Positions 1 to 10,938 of a stretch of DNA of 32,059 nucleotides are shown here, one piece after another; the first letter of the stretch is position 1; every line of letters begins with the position of its first letter. The position numbers and the translations under genes were made by a program. The stretch is from Octopus bimaculoides (taxonomy: Eukaryota): assembly GCF_001194135.2 (NCBI RefSeq), contig NC_068983.1:162131553-162163611 (forward strand). The letters are read 5' to 3'. The notes beneath the pieces are model-generated. The model did not search any database and was not told where the DNA came from. It saw only the letters and a list, made by a program, of their open reading frames with translations.

Positions 1-307
1 GTGAATAAAGAGGTTGAAAAAATCACCAAGTACTCCGAACTGAAAGTGGAAATGGCAAGACTGTATGGAATGCGAGAGGGTAATGTAAAAGTGATACCAG
101 TGGTGATCGGAGTGTTGGGTTCAATCCCATTGAAAATTCGAGACTTCTTAATGCAACTGGAAATTCCATACAAGATTCATGTCTTGCTAAAAGCAGCCTT
201 ATTGGGCACAGCGCACATCTAAAGGAAAGTATTACCTGTCTGTTGTGACTTGACAGACGACTAAAGACTCCGGTGCATTTTAACCTACACTGTGTTACGA
301 AGGAATA

Positions 308-308
<1 letters not shown>
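1..308 (+). mobile_element. 3' fragment of an R4/Dong-like (RLE-type) non-LTR retrotransposon
   Basis: ORF 1-222 reads EKITKYSELKVEMARLY...VKVIPVVIGVLGSIP...LLKAALLGTAHI*RKVL, the typical C-terminus of restriction-like-endonuclease LINEs. It has a premature stop, a short 3' UTR, and then an AT-rich trinucleotide tract. Confidence 0.85.

Positions 309-360
<52 letters not shown>
309..360. repeat. (ATT)n microsatellite
   Basis: Direct read; abuts the 3' end of the RLE fragment. Confidence 0.95.
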
Positions 361-361
<1 letters not shown>

Positions 362-559
362 GACGGTATAATCGTCGTGAAACTTGAATTTACTACACCA
401 GAAGTATTCCGGCTTTGGCTTGGATCCCGATAGTGTTGATAGCCCAGTATTCGGGTGGAGTGCTTCTCTGGAAAAATCCCAACTTCACACTCAACCTGAC
501 CTTACCCATTTGCTATACACACACACACACATCGTGTTGAACCGTTAATCCCTACTCAT

Positions 560-715
560 ATTCCTCTTTCTCTGTTTCTATTTTGTTCTCTTCCATTTTT
601 TCCCTCTCAATCCTTTATGTCGAAGAGCGTAGGCTCGAAACATCAAAGTCTTTTCTATTCTTATCAATACATCTGCTTGTATTTCCTTCACCTGTCTTCA
701 ACTGTAAATTCGAAT
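560..715 (+). mobile_element. Short interspersed repeat with a hammerhead-like core (Penelope-associated type), copy 1
   Basis: 613-648 cttt-ATGTCGA-A-GAGC-gtag-GCTC-GAAA-CAT-C-aaag. Flanks match the copies at ~14537-14780 (-) and ~20640-20815 (+). Confidence 0.7.
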
Positions 716-1532
716 ATATATATAGGTATGTATGTATATATATATAGGTATGTATGTATANNNNNNNNNNAGTTTCAGCTCAGAGCTGCGGCCATGCTGA
801 TGCACCACCGTGTATATATTATATATATATTATCAGAATCTGATTACTATTGAAGATTTCAATTTCAGAAAATTAATTTTGAATCTCTGCTGGGTAGCGT
901 TTTTAACACTGCGAGATAGTGTTCCCTCTTTGTCCTTTGTCTCTCATACATTTCATGATGCTAATTTCTGAAGATATATCATTAAAACATTTCTCCAGAT
1001 TATAAGTTTAATCGAACATCAGCCAAATTATGCTTATTCCAGTCTCCATTCACATTTTAAGAGAAGAAAAGTAGTTTTAATTTACTTACGTCAGTTGTAC
1101 CAAATATAAACTTGTCTCATTTTCTTCCAACTGAAGTCTTTGATTGCTGTTCACAGTATTTTTTCAAAGAAATAATCGTTATTGGAGACTGTTACAGTAC
1201 ATGATAAAGACTATAACATGAAACGCATATTTCCAATACTTAAACCCGTTGCTAAGAACACCGTTCATGCTATCGAAGTTCATTTGATGAATAAGAATAA
1301 AAAAAAATTATCATTTCCCATCTGTGTGCATTTGTAATTAAGTGTTGAAGTAAGCCATTAATACTAAAATGTACAGTTGAGGTGTGTTCTGTTAAGAACG
1401 TATAAGAGTACAAATAGAGATCGTTCACCCTTAGAATTCCTAAATAGCCAGTAGTATTATTATGGTATGCTACCAATTCCAGTCTTAGGTATTCCTCGTG
1501 TGTGAAAATAAAAAGTAAAAAGTGAAAGAGTC

Positions 1533-1878
1533 AAAAGGAAGAGTAAGTACGGTTAGGCAGCATTTTAATCGCTACAAATGTTTCGATACATACCGATCCT
1601 CGTATATACAGGATTTAAAGTTAAGTTTCAATTAAATTATGTAACGATTTACCTGTATAACAAGATCTATATGTATCTCCTCAGGCGATACTCAGTTGCT
1701 GTCTCCGTAAGTAAATCTAGATTTCCTGAGGAGATACATATAGATCTTGTTATACAGGTAAATGGTTACATAATTTTATTTAAACTTAACTTTAAATCCT
1801 GTATATACGAGGATCTGTATGTACCGAAACACTTGTAGCGATTAAAAAAACTGCCTAACCGTTCTTAATCTTCCTTTT
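1533..1878. repeat. Long inverted repeat / near-palindrome (MITE-like or foldback inversion)
   Basis: Arm 1533-1685 is the reverse complement of arm 1725-1878, with about 10 differences by eye and a 39-bp spacer. The right arm runs into the N-gap at 1879. Confidence 0.92.
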
Positions 1879-2197
1879 NNNNNNNNNNNNNNNNNNNNNN
1901 NNNNNNNNNNNNNNNNNNNNNNNNNNNNNNNNNNNNNNNNNNNNNNNNNNNNNNNNNNNNNNNNNNNNNNNNNNNNNNNNNNNNNNNNNNNNNNNNNNNN
2001 NNNNNTATATATATATATATATATCGACAGAAAAGCAATGCAGAGCAAATAAGATATGTGTTGCAACCTACCGTAATTATTTTCAATGATTTTTTTTTAT
2101 CCAGTACATACTAGACGTGCATTCCATATCGCTGTCAAGCATTCATATCATCCGGTATTGTCTTAACTTAACCATGACAATGTACTCAGTTTATCAT

Positions 2198-2228
<31 letters not shown>

Positions 2229-2314
2229 GAAAATGTGAAAGAGAGATAATATAAAGGAATCGAGATTTAGAATGCGAGCAGGTACTTTATAGGTACTTTA
2301 GTGTAATCCAGGTT

Positions 2315-2448
2315 CTATTCAACCACTTCGAAAACTGTAGTGGTAAGCATTACTTGATTAGTTGAATTATATGTATTCGGTTTTCTTGACATTTTGTGCT
2401 GTCCACCTTTGGCTGCTGATGTCTCTGCTCTGCTGAGCAGCGGTTGAA
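2315..2448 (-). mobile_element. Small RTE-like LINE RT fragment, paralogous to 6211-6312
   Basis: 2347-2448 is nearly identical to 6211-6312; both encode QPLLSRAETSAAKGG.HKMSRKPNTY. Confidence 0.85.
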
Positions 2449-2611
2449 GCCGCATGGATACGTATACCTTGGATGAACTTGTAATGCGTTTGAACCAACT
2501 TCTTCGTCTATCTATCAAGTAGAAACACGTTCGGATTTAAAGTGAAAGGATTCTAAATAATACTGGAATAAACAAGCTTTTGAGGATATTTTCTTATTTT
2601 AATGATTTGAA

Positions 2612-3060
2612 TATGTGTGTGTGTGTGTGCGTGTGTGTATGTGCGCTTGTGCGTGCATGTGTGTTTGTGTATGTGAGTGTTTGTGTGTACGTGCGTGCGT
2701 GCGTGTGAGTATGTGTGTACGTGTGCGTGTGTGTGTGCGTTCGTGAGTGTGTGTGCATGCGAGTGTGTATGTGTGTGCTTTGTATGTGTGTGTGTGTATG
2801 CGAGTGTGTATGTGTGTGCTTTGTATGTGTGTGTTGCGCGCGTGTGTGTGTGTGTGTGCGTGCATGCGTGTGTGCGTGCATGCGTGTGTGCGTGCATGCG
2901 TGTGTGCGTGCATGCGTGTGTGCGTGTGTATATATGTGTGTATGCGTGTGTGTATGCGTGTGTATGTGTATGCGTGTGTGTGAGTGTGTGTGTACGTGCG
3001 TGCGCGTGTGTGTTGGTGCGTGCATGCGTGTGCGTTCGTGTGTGTGTGTGCGCGCGCACG
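2612..3060. repeat. Complex (TG)/(CG)/(TA) alternating purine-pyrimidine microsatellite
   Basis: Direct read; contains an internal 16-bp unit (gcgtgcatgcgtgtgt, about 4 copies) and a duplicated ~40-bp block. The overlapping ORFs are artefacts. Confidence 0.95.
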
Positions 3061-3344
3061 CGATAAACTGAGGACTTTTACGAGGCAAAGTCAAAGGAAC
3101 AGCGGATTTTTTCATGAATTCTAATTCTGTCTTTGAGTGCTTGCTATTATTCTAAATCCATTCATTGTGCAAGAGAATCCCATTGGATGAATAAAAAGCA
3201 CAATGGAGAACAAAGCCTAGCATCATAAAATTACATAAATTGGAAATCAAATATGCAGATATCATTCAGCAACTTGCACAAAACCATCCTTTCTGCTAGT
3301 GTTTCTGCTCGTAAATATAATAAGAGTACAAATATATAGACATA

Positions 3345-3655
3345 CAGTGAATGTGCAATGTCAGTGTGCATGTACGACAAAGTACAAATGTGCTGAGAGA
3401 AAGGTTGGACATGAGAGGTATCAGATATGGTGTGCAAGAAAGAAGACTGCGCTGGTATTGTCATGTGAGGCATATAGATGTGGACAGCTGTATAAAGAAG
3501 TGCCAATCGTTAAACATGGAAGGAACCTGGGGTAGAGAAAAATCTAGGAAAACGTAGGACCAAATGGTGAAACTCGACCCCAAGATGTGAACTCTCAGAG
3601 GAGATGATGGGAGACCGAGATGAATGGCAATATGCTGTGCTTGAGAAGACCCATG
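3345..3655 (+). mobile_element. 3' fragment of an RTE-clade LINE
   Basis: MCNVSVHVRQSTNVLRERLDMRGIRYGVQERRLRWYCHVRH...EGTWGREKSRKT*DQMVK...DRDEW matches the RTE C-terminal RRLRWxGHV / GRGRPRKTW / DRxxW pattern. Confidence 0.85.
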
Positions 3656-3822
3656 TTTCTCAGTAGAATTGAGGTTCTGCCAAACCTTGCCTCATAACTC
3701 ATCTTCTGATATCCACTCTGCCATCAATCTTCTATGATACTCTATTTTCTTCACTACACTGAACTGGTGTTTCCTGTGTCCATCTTATTCCCTATTTTAA
3801 ATTATTTGTTACACTATTTTCA

Positions 3823-4177
3823 CGGCAGACGGACAATTCCTCGACAGACAGTTGGCTGACAGACAAATTCCTCGACAGACAGTTGGCTGACAGACAAATT
3901 GGTCGACAGACGATTGGCCGACAGACAACTTACAGACAAGACAATTGTGTGGTATGGAGCAGGCATAGTGTGTTCCAGCAGCCACCCTCTTGACCCAGAG
4001 CAGCCCAACCTTCTCCAGGCACACTTGTCTGCCGGCGAATTGTCTATCGACGAATTGTCTGTCGACGAATTGTTTATCGACGAATTATCTGTCGACGAAT
4101 TGTCTGTCGGCGAATTGTCTATCGACGAATTGTCTGTCGACGAATTGTCTATCGACGAATTGTCTGTCGGCGAATTG
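3823..4177. mobile_element. Foldback-like element: two 15-bp tandem arrays in inverted orientation
   Basis: The left array 3823-~3950 (gacaattcctcgaca-type, 15/16-bp units) is the reverse complement of the right array 4026-4177 (cgaattgtctrtcga, 9 full units plus partials). Spacer is ~70 bp. Confidence 0.75.
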
Positions 4178-4179
4178 CA

Positions 4180-4385
4180 TGTGTATGTGAGAGTGTGTGT
4201 GTGTGTGCGTGTGGCTAGGGACTGGTGACCTTGACGTGTGGATGTGTGTGTGTGGGTGCGTCTGTAATGTGGGAGTGTGTGGATGATGGTGTGGGTGCTG
4301 AGAAGTGGTCAGTGCTAGTGTGTGCGGGGTGGTGTGATGTGGCATGATGTGGTGTGGTGTGGGTGCTGGGAAGTGGTCGTTGTGT
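4180..4385 (-). repeat. TG-rich fragment related to the region downstream of the Penelope-like ORF
   Basis: Motif ggtgtgggtgctgagaagtg(g/t)tc(a/g)gtgctagtgtgtg occurs at ~4288-4325 and ~15833-15870; a partial third copy lies at ~4355-4380. Confidence 0.5.
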
Positions 4386-4564
4386 ACTGTTCCGTTATTG
4401 ATGGAAATCAACACAAAAGAACAACATCCAGCGAGATATAAATATCATTTAATAAACACACGATTTCATACTCCGATAGTAGAATAGTCGGACGAGCTTG
4501 AATAGCGTGCCGCATACCATCCTAAAATCGTTAAAGCTCGTCCGATTACTCCATTACATATGTA

Positions 4565-4779
4565 CAGAGGTGGGTAAAAGTAGGTATATAGTTGCTTGGC
4601 TCAAGTATTCACTCAGAGTCCCCAGAAATCAAAGAAGAGGGTTCTCCAAAGAACTAGGCATCTCTCTCAGATCTCTTTTGTCGACTTATGAATCGCTTAG
4701 GTTTAAAAAAGAAATACAGAAATAAAAAGAATATTCCACTCATATTAAGCGTGTGTATACCTACTTATGCCCTCCTCTG
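4565..4779 (+). mobile_element. Internally deleted Tc1/mariner-superfamily element (215 bp)
   Basis: TIRs cagaggtgggtaaaagtaggtata (4565-4588) and tatacctacttatgccctcctctg (4756-4779), flanked by TA on both sides. The internal frame RRGFSKELGISLRSL resembles a transposase HTH. Confidence 0.75.
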
Positions 4780-4994
4780 TATAATATACGGGAGAAGGAG
4801 TGAAAATGTAATACAATATACTAAAAGAAGATGAAAATTTGCTACACAAAATATTTTTGTTGTTGTTGTTAAATGTTTTTTTCACAGAATTGTTGTTTCC
4901 GGTTTAATTGCTTCCGATCGAACCACAACTCGTGGGCAAAGATGAGACTCATTTTGTTTTTTCCTTATGTTGAAATATTTTTCCTGCTCAACAT

Positions 4995-5350
4995 ATTTTT
5001 CTAACATTGTATTGAGAACGACCCACATAATTCTTGCTAAATCTAGTAGATATGTTTTCTGCGGTGCACCTATTCCTAAAGATCAAGTGCTTCGAGGTTT
5101 GTTCTTAAAATCTTTTGTCAAAGTTCCCATGACCTCAATAATAATGGGCGATATCTTGACCTTGTTAGCTTTTTTATTCCAAACACTTGACGATTTCATA
5201 CTTAAAGCGATATAATACTCAACTTTTTCTTCTGTTCTTTTTACGTATCAAATGCCACGTCGTTTTACAATACAGAGTTTTCTCTTGTCAGCTGTTACAA
5301 TATCTCGCTTGTTGTGTTCTATTCTTCTTTCGGTTTGTAAAGGTAAGACT
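4995..5350 (-). mobile_element. Highly decayed R4/Dong-like RLE domain fragment
   Basis: Minus-strand reading with frameshifts: LQTERRIEHNKRDIVTADKRKLCI / DVA / TEEKVEYYIAL...VKISPIIIEVMGTLTKDF...QKTYLLDLARIMWVVL. This equals the HNRPDIV...D...EK..KY...VVPIIIGALG...QK..LL..ARILR.VL pattern. Confidence 0.65.
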
Positions 5351-5597
5351 CACAGCAACCTCACCTCATCGTTTTCGATGTCTTCTATTTTTAATCTCAC
5401 AAAATAGTCATAGCTATATTTTTTTTTCTGCAGAACCAAATTTCTTGTAGAATTTTCGGTGAAATGCTGCCGTAATCTTATCATACCTAAACTTTTTGCT
5501 TCCATCCTGAACTGACGATGGACAGTCTGGTGGTGGGGGCGAACTCTGACGAACATGATTTTTAGATGGCCGTCTGATCACGTAATATCCAGTGCGA

Positions 5598-7340
5598 ATT
5601 ATTATTATACCCGAGTTGCAACCCGGACCGCAACAGCAAAGTCTACCCACCACAATTCTCGGCCCATAATCCCTTCTTCAATGTCGTGGATACATTCCGG
5701 GCCAGTGTCTGCAATCAAGTTGTCAATGTAAATGTGACGACAACGTTTTCCTCTTTTTACATCACCATGAAGTGGGTTCTACAAGACTAATTTGGTTGCT
5801 ACCAGATGAGGGTGGCGTACTTAATGACCAGAGAGTCGCGGCTGTCTTTACCTGATCTTCTCGCTAACTTTCGACAGGTCTCCATAAACACACCCATTTG
5901 TCATGTTGCTACCATTTCACATTTGGAGCCATTCGTAGCATCCTTGTGTAGCAACCATTTAGCTCGTTTGATAATTTGTCAATGTCCATATTTCACTAGC
6001 ATGTAATAGTACTGATTCGAGAGTTGCAACAGATCGATTTTGATTTGCCTGGGCAATTTGGAGTTCCGGACTTTCTTTAGTTTGTGACAGGCTGTCCATG
6101 CTTGTGCCTTCCTGATCTTGATGTCTGTTTCTGAGTTGCTCATCCAAGCACCTAAGTACTCGAAGTCTTCAGCAACATTCAATTTGGAACCGCTCAAAGC
6201 AACCAGTTCAGCATCACTTGATTAGTTGAAAGATATGTATTCGGTTTTCTTGACATTTTGTGCGGTCCCCCTTTGGCTGCTGATGTCTCTGCTCTGCTGA
6301 GCAGCGGTTGAACTTGATCTATTTCATCAGATACATGTGCTATATCATCTGCGAAGTCCACGTCTGTGATGGTTATTGCTGGTACTCTCCGCCATCTCTG
6401 CCGGTTTATGGTAAAACCAAGGCGTTCGTCACTGCTGTCTATCGCCTGCCGCATTGCATAATCCAATAAAATTGCAAACAAGTAAGACGCAAGCAGCACT
6501 ACAGTTAATATTTGAAAGAATTCCATTTCTCCCTCAGATGACAACACACGAGCTCTGGTCTTCTCGTAGATCGTTGCAATGGCAAGAACTAGTTCTTCTG
6601 AAATACCATTTGCTCGAAGGATCTTCAACATTCTGTAACGATCGATGTTGTCGGACGCTTCGCCGCTGAAGTCCACGAAGGTTATAATGGCAGGTAGCTG
6701 TCTCGATTTTAACTCTTTCTATGATTCGCCTCATGGCTAAGATCTGAGATATGGCTCTCCCTGGTCTAAATCCATGTTGATTTGGTCTCAGATGGCTATC
6801 AAGCACCGATTGAATCCTATTGAGGATCATTTGGTTGATGGCTTTGAGTGAGATATTGAACAGTGGAATTCCGCTGTAGTTAGTTTCAAAGCTGAGTTTT
6901 CCTGACTTTGGGATTCGGTATCAAGTTAATCTGGAACCACTGACCTGCACTTTCTGGATTCTGCAAAAGCTTATCCGCAAAATCCGGTATTATTTCATCA
7001 AGATTGCTCCTCTTGGTAAATTCAGGAGAAATTCCATCAGGGCCAGTAGCATTTCTCTCCTTCAGTCTATTCTTGGCACTCTGATGTTCGTCCAAATCAA
7101 AGGACCCGGTTTTATATGTGAGATTGTTGAAATCAGGCTGAATCTCTTTATCTTCATTGTTTACAAGGGAAAATTTTCCGGACAATTGACTGAAGTGTCG
7201 ATACCACTTTTGGACATGCCCTCCCCTGCTGTTTCCATAGAGGATGCCCAACTTTGCTGCTTTCCTTGACCTCATGATTGATCAATCCAAGGCAGCCGGT
7301 GCAAATTCCAGTATGAAATTGATTGGTAAGACCGGTTGAA
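5598..7340 (-). mobile_element. 5'-truncated, frameshifted RTE-like LINE (reverse transcriptase and C-terminus)
   Basis: Successive motifs KWYRHF, ATGPDGISPE, QWFQINLIP.PK, LRPNQHGFRPGR, FVDF, YLFAILLDY, TDVDFADDIA, EDFEYLGAW and ESVLL..SEIWTL. It ends in a short (TAA)n tail at ~5598-5608. Confidence 0.92.
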
Positions 7341-7473
7341 ATGGATCTAAAATAGAGGATACTTTAATTGATACACCACTCTATTGGCAAATATACGAAC
7401 ACCTATGTTTACTGACTTATAAATTCTTAGTTGACCACATACACACACACACACAAACATGCACGCACACGCA

Positions 7474-7514
<41 letters not shown>

Positions 7515-7515
<1 letters not shown>

Positions 7516-7650
7516 ATGAGGGTGGTAAGGGATATGGCTCTATGCATGCTGACCTCGGTGCCCTTTTTCAGGTATTTGTTGTTCCACACTAGTCTGTACA
7601 CTCTGTTTGGAATGTGGTTGACCGTGAAACTTTTCCAATAAGCCAAATGG
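7515..7650 (-). mobile_element. Small RTE (BovB-like) fragment
   Basis: RLVWNNKYLKKGTEVSMHRAISLTTL resembles the RTE motif RVWxxxxLxxxTKxxVYRAxVLTTL. It is adjacent to (CA)n at 7439-7510. Confidence 0.6.
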
Positions 7651-7958
7651 CTCTTCTTAGCTACCTGGGGTGTGGGGTGGGAGGCGCACGCGTGTTGTGC
7701 TGTGTGTCACTGATCTTGTTTCACACCAAAAAGTCAGACTTGAGCAAATATTAAATCAATGAGATAAAAAAATTTATGAAATAGGGATTCGAGCCAAAAT
7801 GGCTGGTAGGTTGAACTGTTTACATAATGTTGCCTGTGTTGTGTTGTTCTCTCTGATCACCCAACAAACTATGTAGCTTATTGCTGCATATTTATATAGA
7901 TATCTAAATATATACAACAATAAGCTATACAATGTAGAGCGGGGTCATTGATCATCTG

Positions 7959-8032
7959 AGGTGAATGCCTTTCAGGTGAATGCCTTTCAGGTGAATGCCT
8001 TTCAGGTGAATGCCTTTCAGGTGAATAGTTTC
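7959..8032. repeat. 15-bp minisatellite (aggtgaatgcctttc), 4 perfect units plus 1 degenerate
   Basis: Direct read. Confidence 0.95.
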
Positions 8033-9876
8033 AGTAGGGAAATGTGTTGTTACATGCTGACAGTTTCTCGGTACATTACTTGAAAACAACCAAGCAAATG
8101 GTTTGCTCCACTTACCAAGTTATAGTTTAAAGTAAAACACAGATTTAACATACAATTTCCGGCAATAGTGTGAAAAATCTTTGTTGGAAATTTGTTTACG
8201 CCCAAGTAAAATAGATTCAGAAAGACCCGTTATTCCGCTTTTGTTTATTGTCTTTTTCTATTTATTATGTGAGTCTGTAGTTAATAAGGCCGACTGTGAT
8301 AGAATTTCCGTCCGTGTGTTTTTGTTCCTTATTCTAATGTCTGACCTTTCTCCCAGTATCAGAGTTAATTCTCAAGTGGTTGCGATTATACGAGATATAG
8401 CAGAGAGGTTCACTACAGACACAAACTCTTCGTATCAATTACTACACTATGAATTAACCTTATTGTTACAAATTGATAATGTCATTTCCATCTTGTATTA
8501 TTTTTCCCTCTATTAAACATGGCCGGTGTTTTCATTAAAACAAATACATAGGAAATTCAAAACAAAGATCAAGATAACGTAAGTGAATGGCGATATTTAC
8601 GTCAAACCTTCATTAATTTCGGGGAAGTTGGCAATTAATTCCCTTCACCCACTTCTTGAAGTGAGGAATGCGATAACAAGATATAAAAAGTACATTTAAG
8701 TTCTTAATAAATTTGGTAGAACATGTTTCTAAAATTATAACTGAAAACCCGAAACATTTTGTACAAATACTTTAAATGCTGTTTTATCATAAAATTTTAA
8801 TACTCAAAGACTACATTTTCCCCCAAAATAATAATGTTCTGTTGAATAAAGAACAATAAAGAATAACATTCATAGAAGAGTATTGGATTTTGTCGTTGAA
8901 TAAACAAAGACAATCCTTTCTAATTATGACTCCATTTGAAGACGAAACTATTTCTAGCCAAATAATTCAGTTTCAAGCGTTAATGTTTTGGCAGTATAAG
9001 AGCACATGACGTTCGGACTTTGGTCCTTAAGTTAAGACTCAGAAGTAGAGTACGGTACTCAATACATTAGAATTGTTAAAGCTGCAATAGAACAGATATT
9101 GATTCAAACAAATCTATTTTGTTGGAAACAGATTAATGGCTGTCAAAATTCTGAATTATTTCGGTGTCTTAATATCGACATTTTACAAGAAAGCAGGAAT
9201 TAATCTCAAGTCTGAAAGTTAATTACATGAAGAATGACGAATCTCACCCGTAGTGGTTCCACTTGTACCGAAAATGTCGTAAATTGATCGTCATAGGAAA
9301 TGGTGTTGCGTTCTTTCAGGGAACTTATTATTGGTAAGTCGGCCAACCGAGTTAAAGAAATCCTTCATACATCTCATACACCACAAGACAGACATTTTAT
9401 TCACATACACTATTGAAAACGTACTTTGTCACTTCCATCCCGCAATTTGTTAACAAGTTAACAGGGGAACAGGTGGGTGCTCGCTCGACCTGCGCGGAAT
9501 AGCTGTCAAATCTTTAGTAATATCAAGGTTTAACTAGAAGATAAACATCCACAACAACAACTACTACTACTACCACCACCGCCACCACCACCACGGCAAC
9601 AACAACGACAATAATAACAACAAGCATTTAACTAATTCAATAGCAAACAACCATTTTCTCAAAGGGAACTGAATAATCTTTCGCGTTTCTTTTTTTTTTC
9701 CTTCAAATTGTCGTTTATTTACAGAGAAAGTTGTTGGTTGGTGAGTATTTGTGAGACTAACAAAACAACTATTATTTGCTGAATTCTTCTTTGTAACCTT
9801 CTATTATTCAGTTACATGTGACAGGGGATCAAATTCAGTAAACCTTATCCCTGGCTGCCTTGGGCCTCGCACTTTC

Positions 9877-9930
<54 letters not shown>

Positions 9931-10653
9931 GTCTGATTTTCTTTTTCTAACAATTAATTCAAACCCACGACACACATTCTTTATTACTCGGCGGGAAAAT
10001 GCTCTCAGAACCCTGACGAAGTAAGACGAGACGTGGTTTAAGGTTCTCATGGAATGTCATGTCCCTTTATTAAAAATTAATGAAGCAAGATGTCAAAGGA
10101 GTTTGTTTTTTTTTTAGTTTCTTTTTCTTGGTTTCATAAAAACGAAAGACTAAATGAATATTTAAAATTGTTAGTGCTATCTCGGCTTATTAAGTCGGAC
10201 CTCTCTCTCTCTCCTGCTACATACGTCATCCGTTGCTATTCGCTCTAGAGTTAATACGCCATCGTAAATATTCATACATTACGGCGGCACTGGTGTGGCT
10301 AGTGTTAATTCGTCTCAAACACAATACTGTTGAATATTGATAAGCTATGTTATATATCCATACTGTCCGTATACATTTGAAGACTTCGTTTTTTTAGAGA
10401 ATGTCAGCTTTATGCAGCTTAAACTCTACTCTCTTCACTCTATAATTGAACTGGAATTTCAATTCAAAACCTCAAAGCTGATGAAACCTACCTCGTTATT
10501 CAATGACCTCGTTTATTTTAGCTCAATACTGACCTAGTCTCCTCCTTCTCCTCCTCCTCCTCTTCTTCTTCCTGCATACAATATATTCACACAGCTACAG
10601 TAGTGACTTGAACCGTACACCTTTGGGTTAACAGGTCAGTAATAATAAGTGTT

Positions 10654-10693
<40 letters not shown>

Positions 10694-10938
10694 CCCACCA
10701 TCATCACCACACGAATAGATTTTAATAACCTTGTTTCGATTGTGTAAAATTTTTGACAGTGTTGCATGTGAATATATCCAGGAATTACTGATCCATGACC
10801 ACTTTCACTTCTCAGTTGTATGGATTATCAATGATGTTTTCCCTAAGTTAGGGCTTGGTGGGTCTTCTAATGTGACCTACATGCTGTACAACGTTTGAAA
10901 GCGGAACAAAATCTTTATGATTATCTTTACCCTTTAAG

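Noticed and set aside
880-1050. Minus-strand YNLEKCF motif resembling an RT DxEKCFD motif
   Set aside because: It is a single short motif among stops with no neighbouring RT motifs.
3079-3100. tacgaggcaaagtcaaagg, resembling the mariner TIR at 19801-19825
   Set aside because: Only ~14 of 17 bases match, with no partner TIR or transposase nearby. At most it is a solo remnant.
2553-3115. Long His/Thr-rich and Cys/Val-rich ORFs (also at 14223-14599, 15285-16112, 21859-22380 and 29638-31927)
   Set aside because: These are translations of dinucleotide and tetranucleotide microsatellites or N-runs.
3823-4177. Possible CRISPR-like array
   Set aside because: The units are directly contiguous with no unique spacers, the context is eukaryotic, and there are no cas genes.
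3899-4228. ORF with LSIDE/LSVDE pentapeptide repeats
   Set aside because: It is the translation of the 15-bp DNA array. All frames are open because the unit is a multiple of 3 and lacks stops; there is no other coding signal.
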